Source: an uncultured virus (IMG/VR IMGVR_UViG_3300028805_000002) (taxonomy: Duplodnaviria; Heunggongvirae; Uroviricota; Caudoviricetes). From it: a stretch of DNA of 64,000 bases. Made by a program: the position numbers and the translations under genes. How positions within the stretch are numbered: the stretch's first letter is position 1; every line of letters begins with the position of its first letter. The DNA lies in the IMG/VR virus record IMGVR_UViG_3300028805_000002; one strand, written 5' to 3'. The notes below the pieces were generated by a model. The model did no database searches, had not been told where the DNA came from, and saw only the letters and a program-made list of their open reading frames with translations. Below, one piece after another: positions 47,633 through 56,023 of the stretch.

Positions 47633-47905
47633 TCACTCAATCTCCAGTGTATCATCCTCGTCGGATGTGTCATCCTGGTCCATTGAATGAATAAGGAGCA
47701 TCCTTGTAAGGAGCAACGGAACAGGAATACCTCTCTCCTCAGAGAGTCTGTTTATCAATTCGTAGGCAAGCGCCTCGATTGCATTACCATCTCCTGCGAT
47801 GTAGAGTTTGCACTCTACCTTGTTGCTAAGTTCACCGTGAACGTAGCCAAAGCCGTCCTTGTTTCTGAACTTCTCAGAATCCTTAAGCAAATCCTTTTTT
47901 TCCAT
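47633..47905 (-). CDS. Hypothetical protein with acidic tail
   Basis: RBS AAGGAGG. Confidence 0.55.
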   Translation of the reverse strand: MEKKDLLKDSEKFRNKDGFGYVHGELSNKVECKLYIAGDGNAIEALAYELINRLSEERGIPVPLLLTRMLLIHSMDQDDTSDEDDTLEIE

Positions 47906-47958
47906 TTTAACTTCCTCCTTTGGGATAGTTTATTTGTGTCAGCGGTCGTTCCACTGTA

Positions 47959-48714
47959 TCACTTCTTAGATGTGGTCTTTCTTGTGGCCGTCTTCTTAGC
48001 GATAGGCTTCTTAGTCTTGGTCGTAGACGCAACAGGCTTCTTTGCAGATGCCTTCTTGCTTTCCTTCTTACGATACTTTCCAAGATACTTCTTGAAAGGC
48101 TCATAGTAGCCATAGTTGTTTCCAAGCGCCTTCTTGGCGATGCAAAGTGCGAGACCCTTTTCTGGGTCATACTTCTCTCCTTCACCGCACTTAACTACGG
48201 TCTTTGTATCGTCATTCCAGAATACGATTGTCGCTGGCGCATTGAAGATTACGTCCTTAATGCCGTTGGACAAGTCTTCTGGACAGTTTGATGTAGTATG
48301 GAAGGGGTCAAATCGTTCTGACAGTACCCACACACCTGCGTCGTTAAACCCTGGGCCTTTAACTTTTATTTTCTCTGCGCCATCGCCACAGGTATCGACA
48401 TCTACTACTACGCCAACCCATCCGCACTTAGTCTTACCGTATGCGTCTGCGCTCTTGTTGCCTATTACCCAATCTCCTCTTTTAAACTTTCTCATAACAG
48501 AGCCTGCCTTTCTCTTTTCCTCTTCGGTCGCTAATCTAAAATGTTCGGCTTTAACTGTGGGCTTAAATGTACCCTTTGCGTTTGTGAGTTGTATGGTATT
48601 ACCGCTGTCACTCACCCAAATAACTTCTCCAGTCCAGCCCTTTCCTGTAACCGAATAGGCTTCTTCTGCTGCCTCGGTTCCTGTAACGATGTCTCCTACC
48701 TTAAATTTGTTCAT
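47959..48714 (-). CDS. Two SH3-like repeats, VIFNAPATIVFW domain and Lys-rich tail
   Basis: FK.GD.V.G...Y..T..GW.G.V twice; DPEKGLA; histone-like K/A/T tail. Confidence 0.65.
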   Translation of the reverse strand: MNKFKVGDIVTGTEAAEEAYSVTGKGWTGEVIWVSDSGNTIQLTNAKGTFKPTVKAEHFRLATEEEKRKAGSVMRKFKRGDWVIGNKSADAYGKTKCGWVGVVVDVDTCGDGAEKIKVKGPGFNDAGVWVLSERFDPFHTTSNCPEDLSNGIKDVIFNAPATIVFWNDDTKTVVKCGEGEKYDPEKGLALCIAKKALGNNYGYYEPFKKYLGKYRKKESKKASAKKPVASTTKTKKPIAKKTATRKTTSKK

Positions 48715-49112
48715 ACTGTTTCCTCCTTGTACTTTTCATATAGGTCAGGGAACTTTCTCTTGAAGTCCTCTGTAAGCGTATCGTGTTCCATAATCCAATT
48801 GATTATTTCTTCTTCACGACTGCTGTCCTCTGTCTTCTCTACCAGAGATGCAACCACAACTCCGTGTTCAGGAATGTACGCTCTTACGCGGTCGATTGCC
48901 TGTTCTTTGCACTCGAACACAGCCTTTTCCACTCGCTTTGTTCGACACGCCTCGGCTAACTCATACATATCCTTGCCAGACGTTGTGAACTTTCCTTTGA
49001 GTTTTTCACTTGTAGCAGGAATCTCCTCGGGGTTAATCGGAATGTTGAACACTCCAAACACTGTGCCCTGCTTTCTTGCGGTGACACTCTCGTAAAACTT
49101 AACTTCTACCAT
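48711..49112 (-). CDS. Hypothetical protein
   Basis: RBS AAGGAGG before MVEVKF. Confidence 0.55.
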   Translation of the reverse strand: MVEVKFYESVTARKQGTVFGVFNIPINPEEIPATSEKLKGKFTTSGKDMYELAEACRTKRVEKAVFECKEQAIDRVRAYIPEHGVVVASLVEKTEDSSREEEIINWIMEHDTLTEDFKRKFPDLYEKYKEETV

Positions 49113-49293
49113 TTGACGTTTCCTCCTTTTTGATTTCATTTATGCTGTCTATGGTATACTTGTCTGTACCTGTAATCTTGCTCCAGTTAGCGAGCACCCA
49201 CTTCTTACTAGGCGCTCGCACAAATCTTGTGCCTACTATCTGTAATGCACCATTACTTCCGTGATATGCCACGGCGTATCTCTTTCTTGCCAT
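49099..49293 (-). CDS. Hypothetical protein
   Basis: RBS AAGGAGG. Confidence 0.55.
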   Translation of the reverse strand: MARKRYAVAYHGSNGALQIVGTRFVRAPSKKWVLANWSKITGTDKYTIDSINEIKKEETSNGRS

Positions 49294-49459
49294 TTGTTTT
49301 CCTCCTTATCTTCTCGTATGCCCACAAGTACCAGTCTATAAATCGCATTAGCGGGTACTTCCGATAGAAAGTCTTTAGATAGACCTTTATCGCTTTCTTG
49401 TCCAGATTTTCATAATCAAGTCCAACATCGGCGTTGCACTCTTTTCTTGTGGCTTTCAT
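49253..49459 (-). CDS. Hypothetical protein (exact start uncertain)
   Basis: AAGGAGGTG RBS-like element at the start region. Confidence 0.4.
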   Translation of the reverse strand: MKATRKECNADVGLDYENLDKKAIKVYLKTFYRKYPLMRFIDWYLWAYEKIRRKTNGKKEIRRGISRK

Positions 49460-49468
49460 TACACCTCC

Positions 49469-50314
49469 TTAGTATTTTGCGGCTTCCTCAAATGTGAGGA
49501 AGAAGTGTATTCCAGATGCACATTCGTGCCATCTGTTTTCCTCAAATGGATGTTGAGGCACTACTGTGTCTCCTATTTTGTATTCAAACAGTGAGTTGTA
49601 GTGGCTTACTGCGTGGTAGTTTTTCGCGTCTTCTTTCGAGATTTTGTCACCTGATTTTCGATAGAAGCCTTTTACTTTTGCCGCGCTTGCACGACACTTT
49701 CTAGATGTGCTGGAAGTTCTCTTGGCACTGGCAGGAATGTATAACTCTACAACAATCTCCCTGCCTGTCAATTTATCCACACACTGTTTATACGCGGTGA
49801 AGCCTCCTTTTTCAGGACACATAATCGGCATACCGTTTCTAATAGTTTCCGTTTTGAGTGCCTCGTCTAAGTCTGCGCGACACATTTTGGCAAATCCGAA
49901 ATCGGTCTGGTCAAGGGTTGAATCCCCAAAATAGGCGTCAGATACATCTGCCTCAGTGAACTTTGCATACGTTAGGTCGCAATTAGTGAATCTGGAACGT
50001 GTTGCTGTTGTACGGCAAAAATACACATTTCGTAGGTTGCAATCTACGAATCTTGCTCCGTCTAGGTGAGCCCAGTCTATTGAGGCAAACGTAAATGTGC
50101 AATTCCTAAATAACGCATCTTCCATAGAGACGTGGCTTAGGTTACAATGAGAAAAGTTTACATTAGTGAAAACGATGCCTCGAATATCCAAACCGCGAAG
50201 GTCCAGTCCACTCGCATCTACGAAATCTATTCCAGACAGGCGAGCACTTCCTATTCTTACGCGCAGAAGTTCCGCGCAAAGTTTTTTTCTTGATACCTTT
50301 GGTAGACGTCCCAT
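49469..50314 (-). CDS. Pentapeptide-repeat protein with C-terminal DUF5758-like domain
   Basis: A.F..C.L pentapeptide repeats; CPEKGGFTAYK...RKCRAS...ECASGIHFF. Confidence 0.8.
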   Translation of the reverse strand: MGRLPKVSRKKLCAELLRVRIGSARLSGIDFVDASGLDLRGLDIRGIVFTNVNFSHCNLSHVSMEDALFRNCTFTFASIDWAHLDGARFVDCNLRNVYFCRTTATRSRFTNCDLTYAKFTEADVSDAYFGDSTLDQTDFGFAKMCRADLDEALKTETIRNGMPIMCPEKGGFTAYKQCVDKLTGREIVVELYIPASAKRTSSTSRKCRASAAKVKGFYRKSGDKISKEDAKNYHAVSHYNSLFEYKIGDTVVPQHPFEENRWHECASGIHFFLTFEEAAKY

Positions 50315-50327
50315 TTTGTGTCTCCTT

Positions 50328-50576
50328 TCATTTCAGTTCCTCGGGCATTACTACATCAAGTCCACGGTTAGCACGTACCATACGGAGTAACACTCTTCCG
50401 TATATATCGTCCTTTCCTGTGAGTATGCGGTTGCACCAGTATTGTGCTCGGTGGTCTATCCACATACCATCGAGTATCAGGCTGTACTTGTCGTGGTAGA
50501 GTTTGTTTATCCTAGCGCAATACTTCTTATAACAGCGCCATCGGCGTTCCATTCGTTTAACAGATTCCTCTGTCAT
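50328..50576 (-). CDS. Basic hypothetical protein
   Basis: RBS GAGGAGG. Confidence 0.5.
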   Translation of the reverse strand: MTEESVKRMERRWRCYKKYCARINKLYHDKYSLILDGMWIDHRAQYWCNRILTGKDDIYGRVLLRMVRANRGLDVVMPEELK

Positions 50577-50578
50577 AT

Positions 50579-50872
50579 TTATCCCTCCTCTCTATTACCT
50601 ACTGTTGATACAGTCTTCGTGTCACACCATATTCCGCCTGACTTGCTTGCGCGTCTCATACAACGAAGGAAACAGTCCATCAGTCCTACGAGTGTGTCGT
50701 TGTCGGTATATCCCATCTCGTCGATTTCCTCGAGAGTTGTTTCCGATGTAATGTCGCCATCTGCAACACCACACATCAGCCAACCCATAAAGATGTCCTC
50801 GTCATTGATACATCTTGCAATGGTCTCCATAGCCTTTACCAGTTCTGCCCTTCTCTTCGTTTTACTGTCCAT
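50579..50872 (-). CDS. Hypothetical protein
   Basis: INDEDIF..WLMCGVADGD motif. Confidence 0.6.
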   Translation of the reverse strand: MDSKTKRRAELVKAMETIARCINDEDIFMGWLMCGVADGDITSETTLEEIDEMGYTDNDTLVGLMDCFLRCMRRASKSGGIWCDTKTVSTVGNREEG

Positions 50873-50972
50873 ATCTATTACTCCTCTCTTTTTAATTCCC
50901 AGACAATCCAGAGTTGAACTATCTTAAATACAGCGAGCACTACACTCGCCATAAACGTCATATCAAGTGGGC

Positions 50973-51290
50973 TCATACAATTTCATCCTCCTTAAGCCAT
51001 TCTGGTATGTGAACTGCATCCTTGTAGTCAAACACGCGGATAATGGATTTCAGCGTGTTACAGTCCTCGGTCAGTTTCCTGTTAAGTGCTACCTTAACAT
51101 AGTTGAGTGGTTCCTCTTCCATTGAGAGAAGCGCCTCTTCCATCTGCTTATACAGATTACAGAATATGCCTCTGTCATCGAAGAACAGGTTGTCCGAGTT
51201 GCGTCCTTCTCTATTGTACTTATTGAAGTATCTGCCATAGAGCAATCTCAGGCAGTCTAAGTGGATTTCTCTCCAAGAGGGTTTTGGCAT
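50973..51290 (-). CDS. Hypothetical protein
   Basis: RBS AAGGAGGTGA. Confidence 0.6.
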   Translation of the reverse strand: MPKPSWREIHLDCLRLLYGRYFNKYNREGRNSDNLFFDDRGIFCNLYKQMEEALLSMEEEPLNYVKVALNRKLTEDCNTLKSIIRVFDYKDAVHIPEWLKEDEIV

Positions 51291-51302
51291 AGTATCACCT
51301 CC

Positions 51303-51575
51303 TTAACAACAAACGAGTGCTTCCCACTCGTGATTGGCTTCCACTTCCTTATAGACTTCATCGAACAGGTCGTAGAAGTCTGCCCAGAACATCGTCTCAG
51401 GACAGATGCGATTGCACGCCTTGTCTCTGTACTCCTGATAGATGTCCAATCTTTGAAGTGTCGTGAGGACGTTTCCCTCGTTCAGTTTATCTACCTCTGC
51501 CAGCAATATTCTTGTCCAGCACTTCTCTGCAACCTTGCGGATGCGCTCCTTGATTTCCTCTTTAGTGATTGTCAT
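51303..51575 (-). CDS. Hypothetical protein
   Basis: RBS AGGAGG before MTITKEE. Confidence 0.55.
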   Translation of the reverse strand: MTITKEEIKERIRKVAEKCWTRILLAEVDKLNEGNVLTTLQRLDIYQEYRDKACNRICPETMFWADFYDLFDEVYKEVEANHEWEALVCC

Positions 51576-51637
51576 ATTAGGTTTCCTCCTGTGTATTTTC
51601 TGTATTCTTTCCAAGCCAAACTTCTTCAAACAGATAT

Positions 51638-51967
51638 TCAAACTCCTCTAACATTTTGTGCCTCCTTAGCAACGGTCTTCCTAAAGAGACAGTCTACATA
51701 ACAGCCTCTTTCCACGTCTTTGTATACGTCGATTCCCTTAACTTCAGGAAAAGCCTCGAACACAAGCGGCAACGCGCGTTCCAGTGACTTGAGTGAGGAG
51801 AAACTGTGCCAGGTGTACCAGTCATCAGTTGCCCACTCACAGAAGCCATCAGGCATTTCCCTATCGAACTTGTGCAGGATGTCCCACATTTCATCACTGG
51901 TTCTCTTGCACGGGTCTATCTGAAACATCATAGACCACGACACCTTCTTAATCTTACGCTTGCTCAT
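51638..51967 (-). CDS. Hypothetical protein
   Basis: RBS AAGGAGG before MSKRK. Confidence 0.55.
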   Translation of the reverse strand: MSKRKIKKVSWSMMFQIDPCKRTSDEMWDILHKFDREMPDGFCEWATDDWYTWHSFSSLKSLERALPLVFEAFPEVKGIDVYKDVERGCYVDCLFRKTVAKEAQNVRGV

Positions 51968-51977
51968 ACTTCCCTCC

Positions 51978-52253
51978 TTATGCCTGTGCGAGTATTTCGC
52001 CATCTTCATCTACCATAGCGATAAGACCTTCAAACACTTCCGTGTTCTCGATGTCACCTACCGCTACCCACTCACATCCTTCCTCAGGGTCTGCGTCATA
52101 TCCGACCATACTTCCGATGGTGTTTATGGCTTCCTGATACTGAAAGTACCTGTGCTCACACGCTTCTTCCTCAGGAAGATGTGCGAGTTTGTAAATTCTG
52201 TCAGGCACTTCCACTTCCTTAACTACGCTGACGATTACTCTAACCTTTGCCAT
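51978..52253 (-). CDS. Acidic hypothetical protein
   Basis: RBS AAGGAGG. Confidence 0.6.
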   Translation of the reverse strand: MAKVRVIVSVVKEVEVPDRIYKLAHLPEEEACEHRYFQYQEAINTIGSMVGYDADPEEGCEWVAVGDIENTEVFEGLIAMVDEDGEILAQA

Positions 52254-52769
52254 ACTAATTTCCTCCTTTGGGATATTCTGTCTATACTGACAAGGTAGTG
52301 TTTTGTATGTTCCCGATTGTTTACTTGTGGTGTTCCGCTCTGTATTGTCTAAGTTCCTTTAGTGTACATCTCTGAAGCCAGAGCCGCTTCTGCTGTTCCT
52401 TGATGGCGCGTTCTATCTTACCTCTTCCCATATATGCACTCCCTGGTAAGATACTGGCGAGTGCCCGGGACAATCTTCAGACAGGTCTGAAGTCCGTTTC
52501 TCTTAATGAGTTCCCGATACGGAATCTTGTATGTGATTGTGGATTTTGCTGTGTTGGTCATAGTGTAATTTCCTCCTAGGGGATATTTACTTCCCTATTC
52601 CTATCTTCCCATTTATATGTTCCCATACAAAACACTCCCTTGCCTGTATAGGCTGAGGGAGTGCTGAGTTGTGCGCTTTAAAGTGCCCAGTTGCGTGTCG
52701 CGTGTTTATGCGGGTTCACGCGTTTCCGTTCTGTCTACCGTATGGTGTCTTCCCGTATGAGGCTATGCC

Positions 52770-53273
52770 TCAGAATCCTAAGACCTCTGCAACACCGTCC
52801 CAGTTCTCTACCTTGAGGGCATATTCATTTGCCCAACCCTCGTGATGTTCCCAGTCGGAGCGTGTAGCCTTGAGTTCCTTGCCAGGGAAAACCCAGGCGC
52901 CGTCCTTGAGCGGTCTGATACGAGCGTAGGCTGTCTTGTCTCCCTCTACCTTAGAGATGAGGATGTGTCCCTTCGCGTTTGTTCTGAAGATGTACTTGTC
53001 CTTCGGGATGTCTGCTAAGAAGGCGTCGGCAGTGGGGTGCTTGCGTTCCTTCTTCTCTGCGGGTGCTTCCGGTGTCGGCTCTGCAGGTGTCTGTTCTGCG
53101 GGAATCTCTTCCTGAGTCTGTTCTGCGAGTGCCTTCTGTTCTGTCTGATATGCTTCAAAGATAGGCATAAAGTCAACTTTGGGCATCTGTTCTGTCTTGC
53201 CGTCAACTATGCGGGCAAAGTATGTCTTGTGATTTGTCTTGTATTCTGTGCCGTTGTATGTAAACTGTGTCAT
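52770..53273 (-). CDS. Early hypothetical protein with Pro/Glu linker
   Basis: RBS AGGAGGA before MTQFTY (the ORF-track start at 53345 is probably too long). Confidence 0.65.
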   Translation of the reverse strand: MTQFTYNGTEYKTNHKTYFARIVDGKTEQMPKVDFMPIFEAYQTEQKALAEQTQEEIPAEQTPAEPTPEAPAEKKERKHPTADAFLADIPKDKYIFRTNAKGHILISKVEGDKTAYARIRPLKDGAWVFPGKELKATRSDWEHHEGWANEYALKVENWDGVAEVLGF

Positions 53274-53355
53274 AATAAAATCCTCCTGTGATTTTGTAAA
53301 ATTGATTTTTTGATGTGGTGCAACTGAACACTTTAACGCGCACAACTCAGTGGCG

Positions 53356-53764
53356 CACGTTTTCGAGTGCTTTACTTTTGCGCATTGTTATATGCGCTTA
53401 GAAGTACAGGTCATCGTGTAAATCTTCGTGTAATTTGCGCGCGCTTGTAATTACGATTGTGTCGTTATACTCATCATTGACGCAAGTACGATAGAATAAG
53501 AAGAAATCATCAAATTCGGCACAATGTGAATTGAGTTCTGTAATACAGTCAAATATTATCTTTTCGATATTTTCAAATTCGCTGTAAAAGTCTTTATTGA
53601 TACAGCACAAAAAAGCATTACAATTTATCGCTTCATCAAATTGTGCTAAATTGTATTTTTCAAGAATTGAATAGTAGAGTTCATAATTTTTTGTCATTGT
53701 CTTTTATCTCACTTTCATTAGATTTTTTGAGACAATGCGCAAAAACAAAACACTCGAAAACGTG
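53356..53764 (-). repeat. 33-bp inverted repeat pair (53356-53388 / 53732-53764) enclosing ORF 53398-53697
   Basis: 30/33 identity; the three differences are G-U pairs in the minus-strand transcript. Confidence 0.9.
53398..53697 (-). CDS. First early gene: 99-aa acidic protein with no Gly, Pro or Trp (candidate anti-defence DNA mimic)
   Basis: 20 D/E versus 7 K/R; RBS AAAGTGAG; first ORF of the minus-strand arm. Confidence 0.6.
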   Translation of the reverse strand: MTKNYELYYSILEKYNLAQFDEAINCNAFLCCINKDFYSEFENIEKIIFDCITELNSHCAEFDDFFLFYRTCVNDEYNDTIVITSARKLHEDLHDDLYF

Positions 53765-54700
53765 ATATTTTGCGCGATATTTTGCACTTTGCATACATTT
53801 TGCGCTTAGATAAAATCAATTATCTAAGAATAGAGCGCGCACTTATAAAATACAGATAGACTTTCAAATTTACTCTAACAAACAATAGTGTTTGAGTGCA
53901 TTTCACAGCGTAGTAATGAACAAGACTTCAATACAACTATGCAACAAGTATATTGTCGTTCGCGTTTACTAATAATTCGCGCATAGTGTTTTTCTACTAT
54001 TCGCACTATTTCACAACAGTGCTATTTTATGACTGTTTATAGCAATAAACTCAAAAATCAACTAATTTTATAGTTAGTATTCACATACTAATAACTATTA
54101 TGCAATTCGTTTATCTAGTGAATTATAACAGCACTCGATTATAATAATCACGTACTATATTATTACACTTTACTATCAACACAGCGCAAACGATTAAATA
54201 GTTAAGTCTTGTTTTAGAATGATTATATTGTCGAACTAAAGTGTTAAATAATGCACATTACAAGTTACTTTGAGTGTAAGACAATACACTACACAAAATA
54301 CTTTTATTAGTTTTTTCTTTTGTGTTTTACGTTTTATCACGTTCTAAAACAGTGTCACTAATTACTTAAAAGAAACACAGTGTATTTTTTCAAGTATCAT
54401 TCACTAAACGCGTAAAAGACTAGTGATTTTTATCTGTATTTATTTGTCAAGTTACAGTGTTATTACTTAAAGTATTCGCAACAACTTTTTAGCACTCATT
54501 ACGCGTTAACTCGATATACTCGAATAATACGTTATACTTCAGCGCAAGAACTATAAACAACTAGTGATTATAGAGAACGTATGACTAACTTGTGTATGCT
54601 TGCTAGTTCGTTCTTTTGTTATGCATAGAGTAACGCTTATTAAACGATATTTCAATACAACTTTTGACTTATTTGTTCGATAACGAACAAAAACACGTCA
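53520..54700. other. GG/CC-free tract
   Basis: No GG or CC seen between the GG at 53518-19 and the GG at 54701-02. Confidence 0.9.
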
Positions 54701-54809
54701 GGTTGTTCGATAAATACATTAAAACAATAATAATTTATCATTATTCGATAAACGCTATATAATATGCTTATTATATATAATAAATACGCGTATGCGCATG
54801 GGGTAATAT

Positions 54810-54828
54810 GATAATGATTATCATTTTC
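54810..54828. promoter_or_regulatory. Fur-box-like operator
   Basis: GATAATGATTATCATTTTC versus consensus GATAATGATWATCATTATC (18/19). Confidence 0.55.
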
Positions 54829-55217
54829 AAATTCATACATTAGTCTAGTTAGTATCTTTATATAACAGATTATTAGTGTATAGCGCTGTAACGCTCATAT
54901 TTAACGTATAACGCGCTCTAGCACTTATACACAAGAATTTATATTCACAGCGCACGAGCGCGTCACAGATCAAATTTAAAATTTAAGTTAGCACGCATAT
55001 ACAAGCGCATACACACGGGCATATTTATACGCACGCGCGCGCGCGCACGTACACGGGATTCTCGAACTCTTACGTCGAACTTTGTAGACAAGTATGCGCG
55101 GTGCTTGAAAATAGAGGGGATTGGGCATAAAAGTAATCCTAGAGGTGGGTAGGTCGAGTGTGGTAGTAAGGTCGTTCAAGAACGACAGGAAAGGCGTGGA
55201 AAATTAAAAGTAAAATT

Positions 55218-55236
55218 GAGAATGATTATCATTTTC
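55218..55236. promoter_or_regulatory. Fur-box-like operator
   Basis: GAGAATGATTATCATTTTC (17/19). Confidence 0.5.
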
Positions 55237-55415
55237 AGTTTCAAGGTCGAGGTTTGTAGACAAAGTCTTGACTAATAGTAGGAGTATGTGTTATTTTGTA
55301 TATGTAATTGGAGAGATACAATGTTATCGAGGGTCTCTTAGTAAGTCGCCGCAGGGCGCAGGAACGACGGGTGATTAACAGTATATCTTTAGTTATAGAA
55401 GGATAATATAAATAT

Positions 55416-55676
55416 ATGGAAAATGAAACACTAGCAACTGAAATGTTGCACGAACTGAAATCGAATGGCCGAAGGTGGTTTATAGCATTTCTAGTCGTTC
55501 TAATGCTTTGGTTTGCTACTATCGGTGCGTTTCTTTGGTATATCTCTTTGCCCGTGGACGAAACTTCGGTGGAACAGTATGCCGAAGGCAACGACAATTC
55601 TTTTGTTGGTATAGGTGATATGAATGGCGGCGTATCAGAAAGTTACAAGACGCAGGAGAGCACTTCGCAGTCGTAA
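55416..55676 (+). CDS. Single-TM hypothetical protein
   Basis: LATEMLHELK...WFIAFLVVLMLWFATIGAFLWY. Confidence 0.6.
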   Translation: MENETLATEMLHELKSNGRRWFIAFLVVLMLWFATIGAFLWYISLPVDETSVEQYAEGNDNSFVGIGDMNGGVSESYKTQESTSQS

Positions 55677-55701
55677 GTCAACCCGTAGAAGGAGACACTA
55701 A
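55624..55701 (+). CDS. 25-aa Arg-rich peptide (not in ORF track)
   Basis: MAAYQKVTRRRRALRSRKSTRRRRH; AGGTGA 5 nt upstream; stop 2 nt before the next gene. Confidence 0.45.
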   Translation: MAAYQKVTRRRRALRSRKSTRRRRH

Positions 55702-55703
55702 TT

Positions 55704-56021
55704 ATGGCAGCGGCTGGTCAAACACGTACTATCAAAAAGTTACAACAGGCTCTCCAAATGGAAGGAGAGTTAATTCTTATCTCTACTTCTCAATTCTTTA
55801 GTTTGGAAAAGCAGACCACTGTAACAAGATACCACGTTAAGAAACAAGTTCAATCAGGTGAGAAGTATAAGTCTTCTCAGGTTGAACTTTTTTCTTCTTG
55901 TTCACAAATCCAGATTACTCTCTTTTTAAGAGATTATTATTACGAGATTAAAGGATATGAGGTGCCGCAGGATAATCCTTATTGGTTAGCGGCAAAGAAG
56001 AAATATTTTGAGGAGCATTAA
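55704..56021 (+). CDS. Hypothetical protein upstream of terminase
   Basis: IKKLQQAL...TSQFFS...ELFSSCSQIQI..FLRD; RBS AAGGAG. Confidence 0.65.
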   Translation: MAAAGQTRTIKKLQQALQMEGELILISTSQFFSLEKQTTVTRYHVKKQVQSGEKYKSSQVELFSSCSQIQITLFLRDYYYEIKGYEVPQDNPYWLAAKKKYFEEH

Positions 56022-56023
56022 GT

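Noticed and set aside
53274..53345. N-terminal extension of ORF 52770-53345
   Set aside because: A strong AGGAGGA RBS precedes the ATG at 53273, so the extension is probably untranslated.
53356..53764. The inverted repeats as ends of an IS/MITE or invertible segment
   Set aside because: No transposase or recombinase in the window and no target duplication seen; strand-specific G-U pairing favours an RNA stem.
54211..54350. GTTTTAGAA...TTCTAAAAC resembling the ends of a type II CRISPR repeat
   Set aside because: No repeated 30-37-nt unit with spacers; only short AT-rich matches.
54652..55179. ORF-track entries 54652-54840 and 54988-55179 (minus strand)
   Set aside because: No convincing RBS; the translations mirror AT-rich or CG-repeat DNA (e.g. 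CARARAY).
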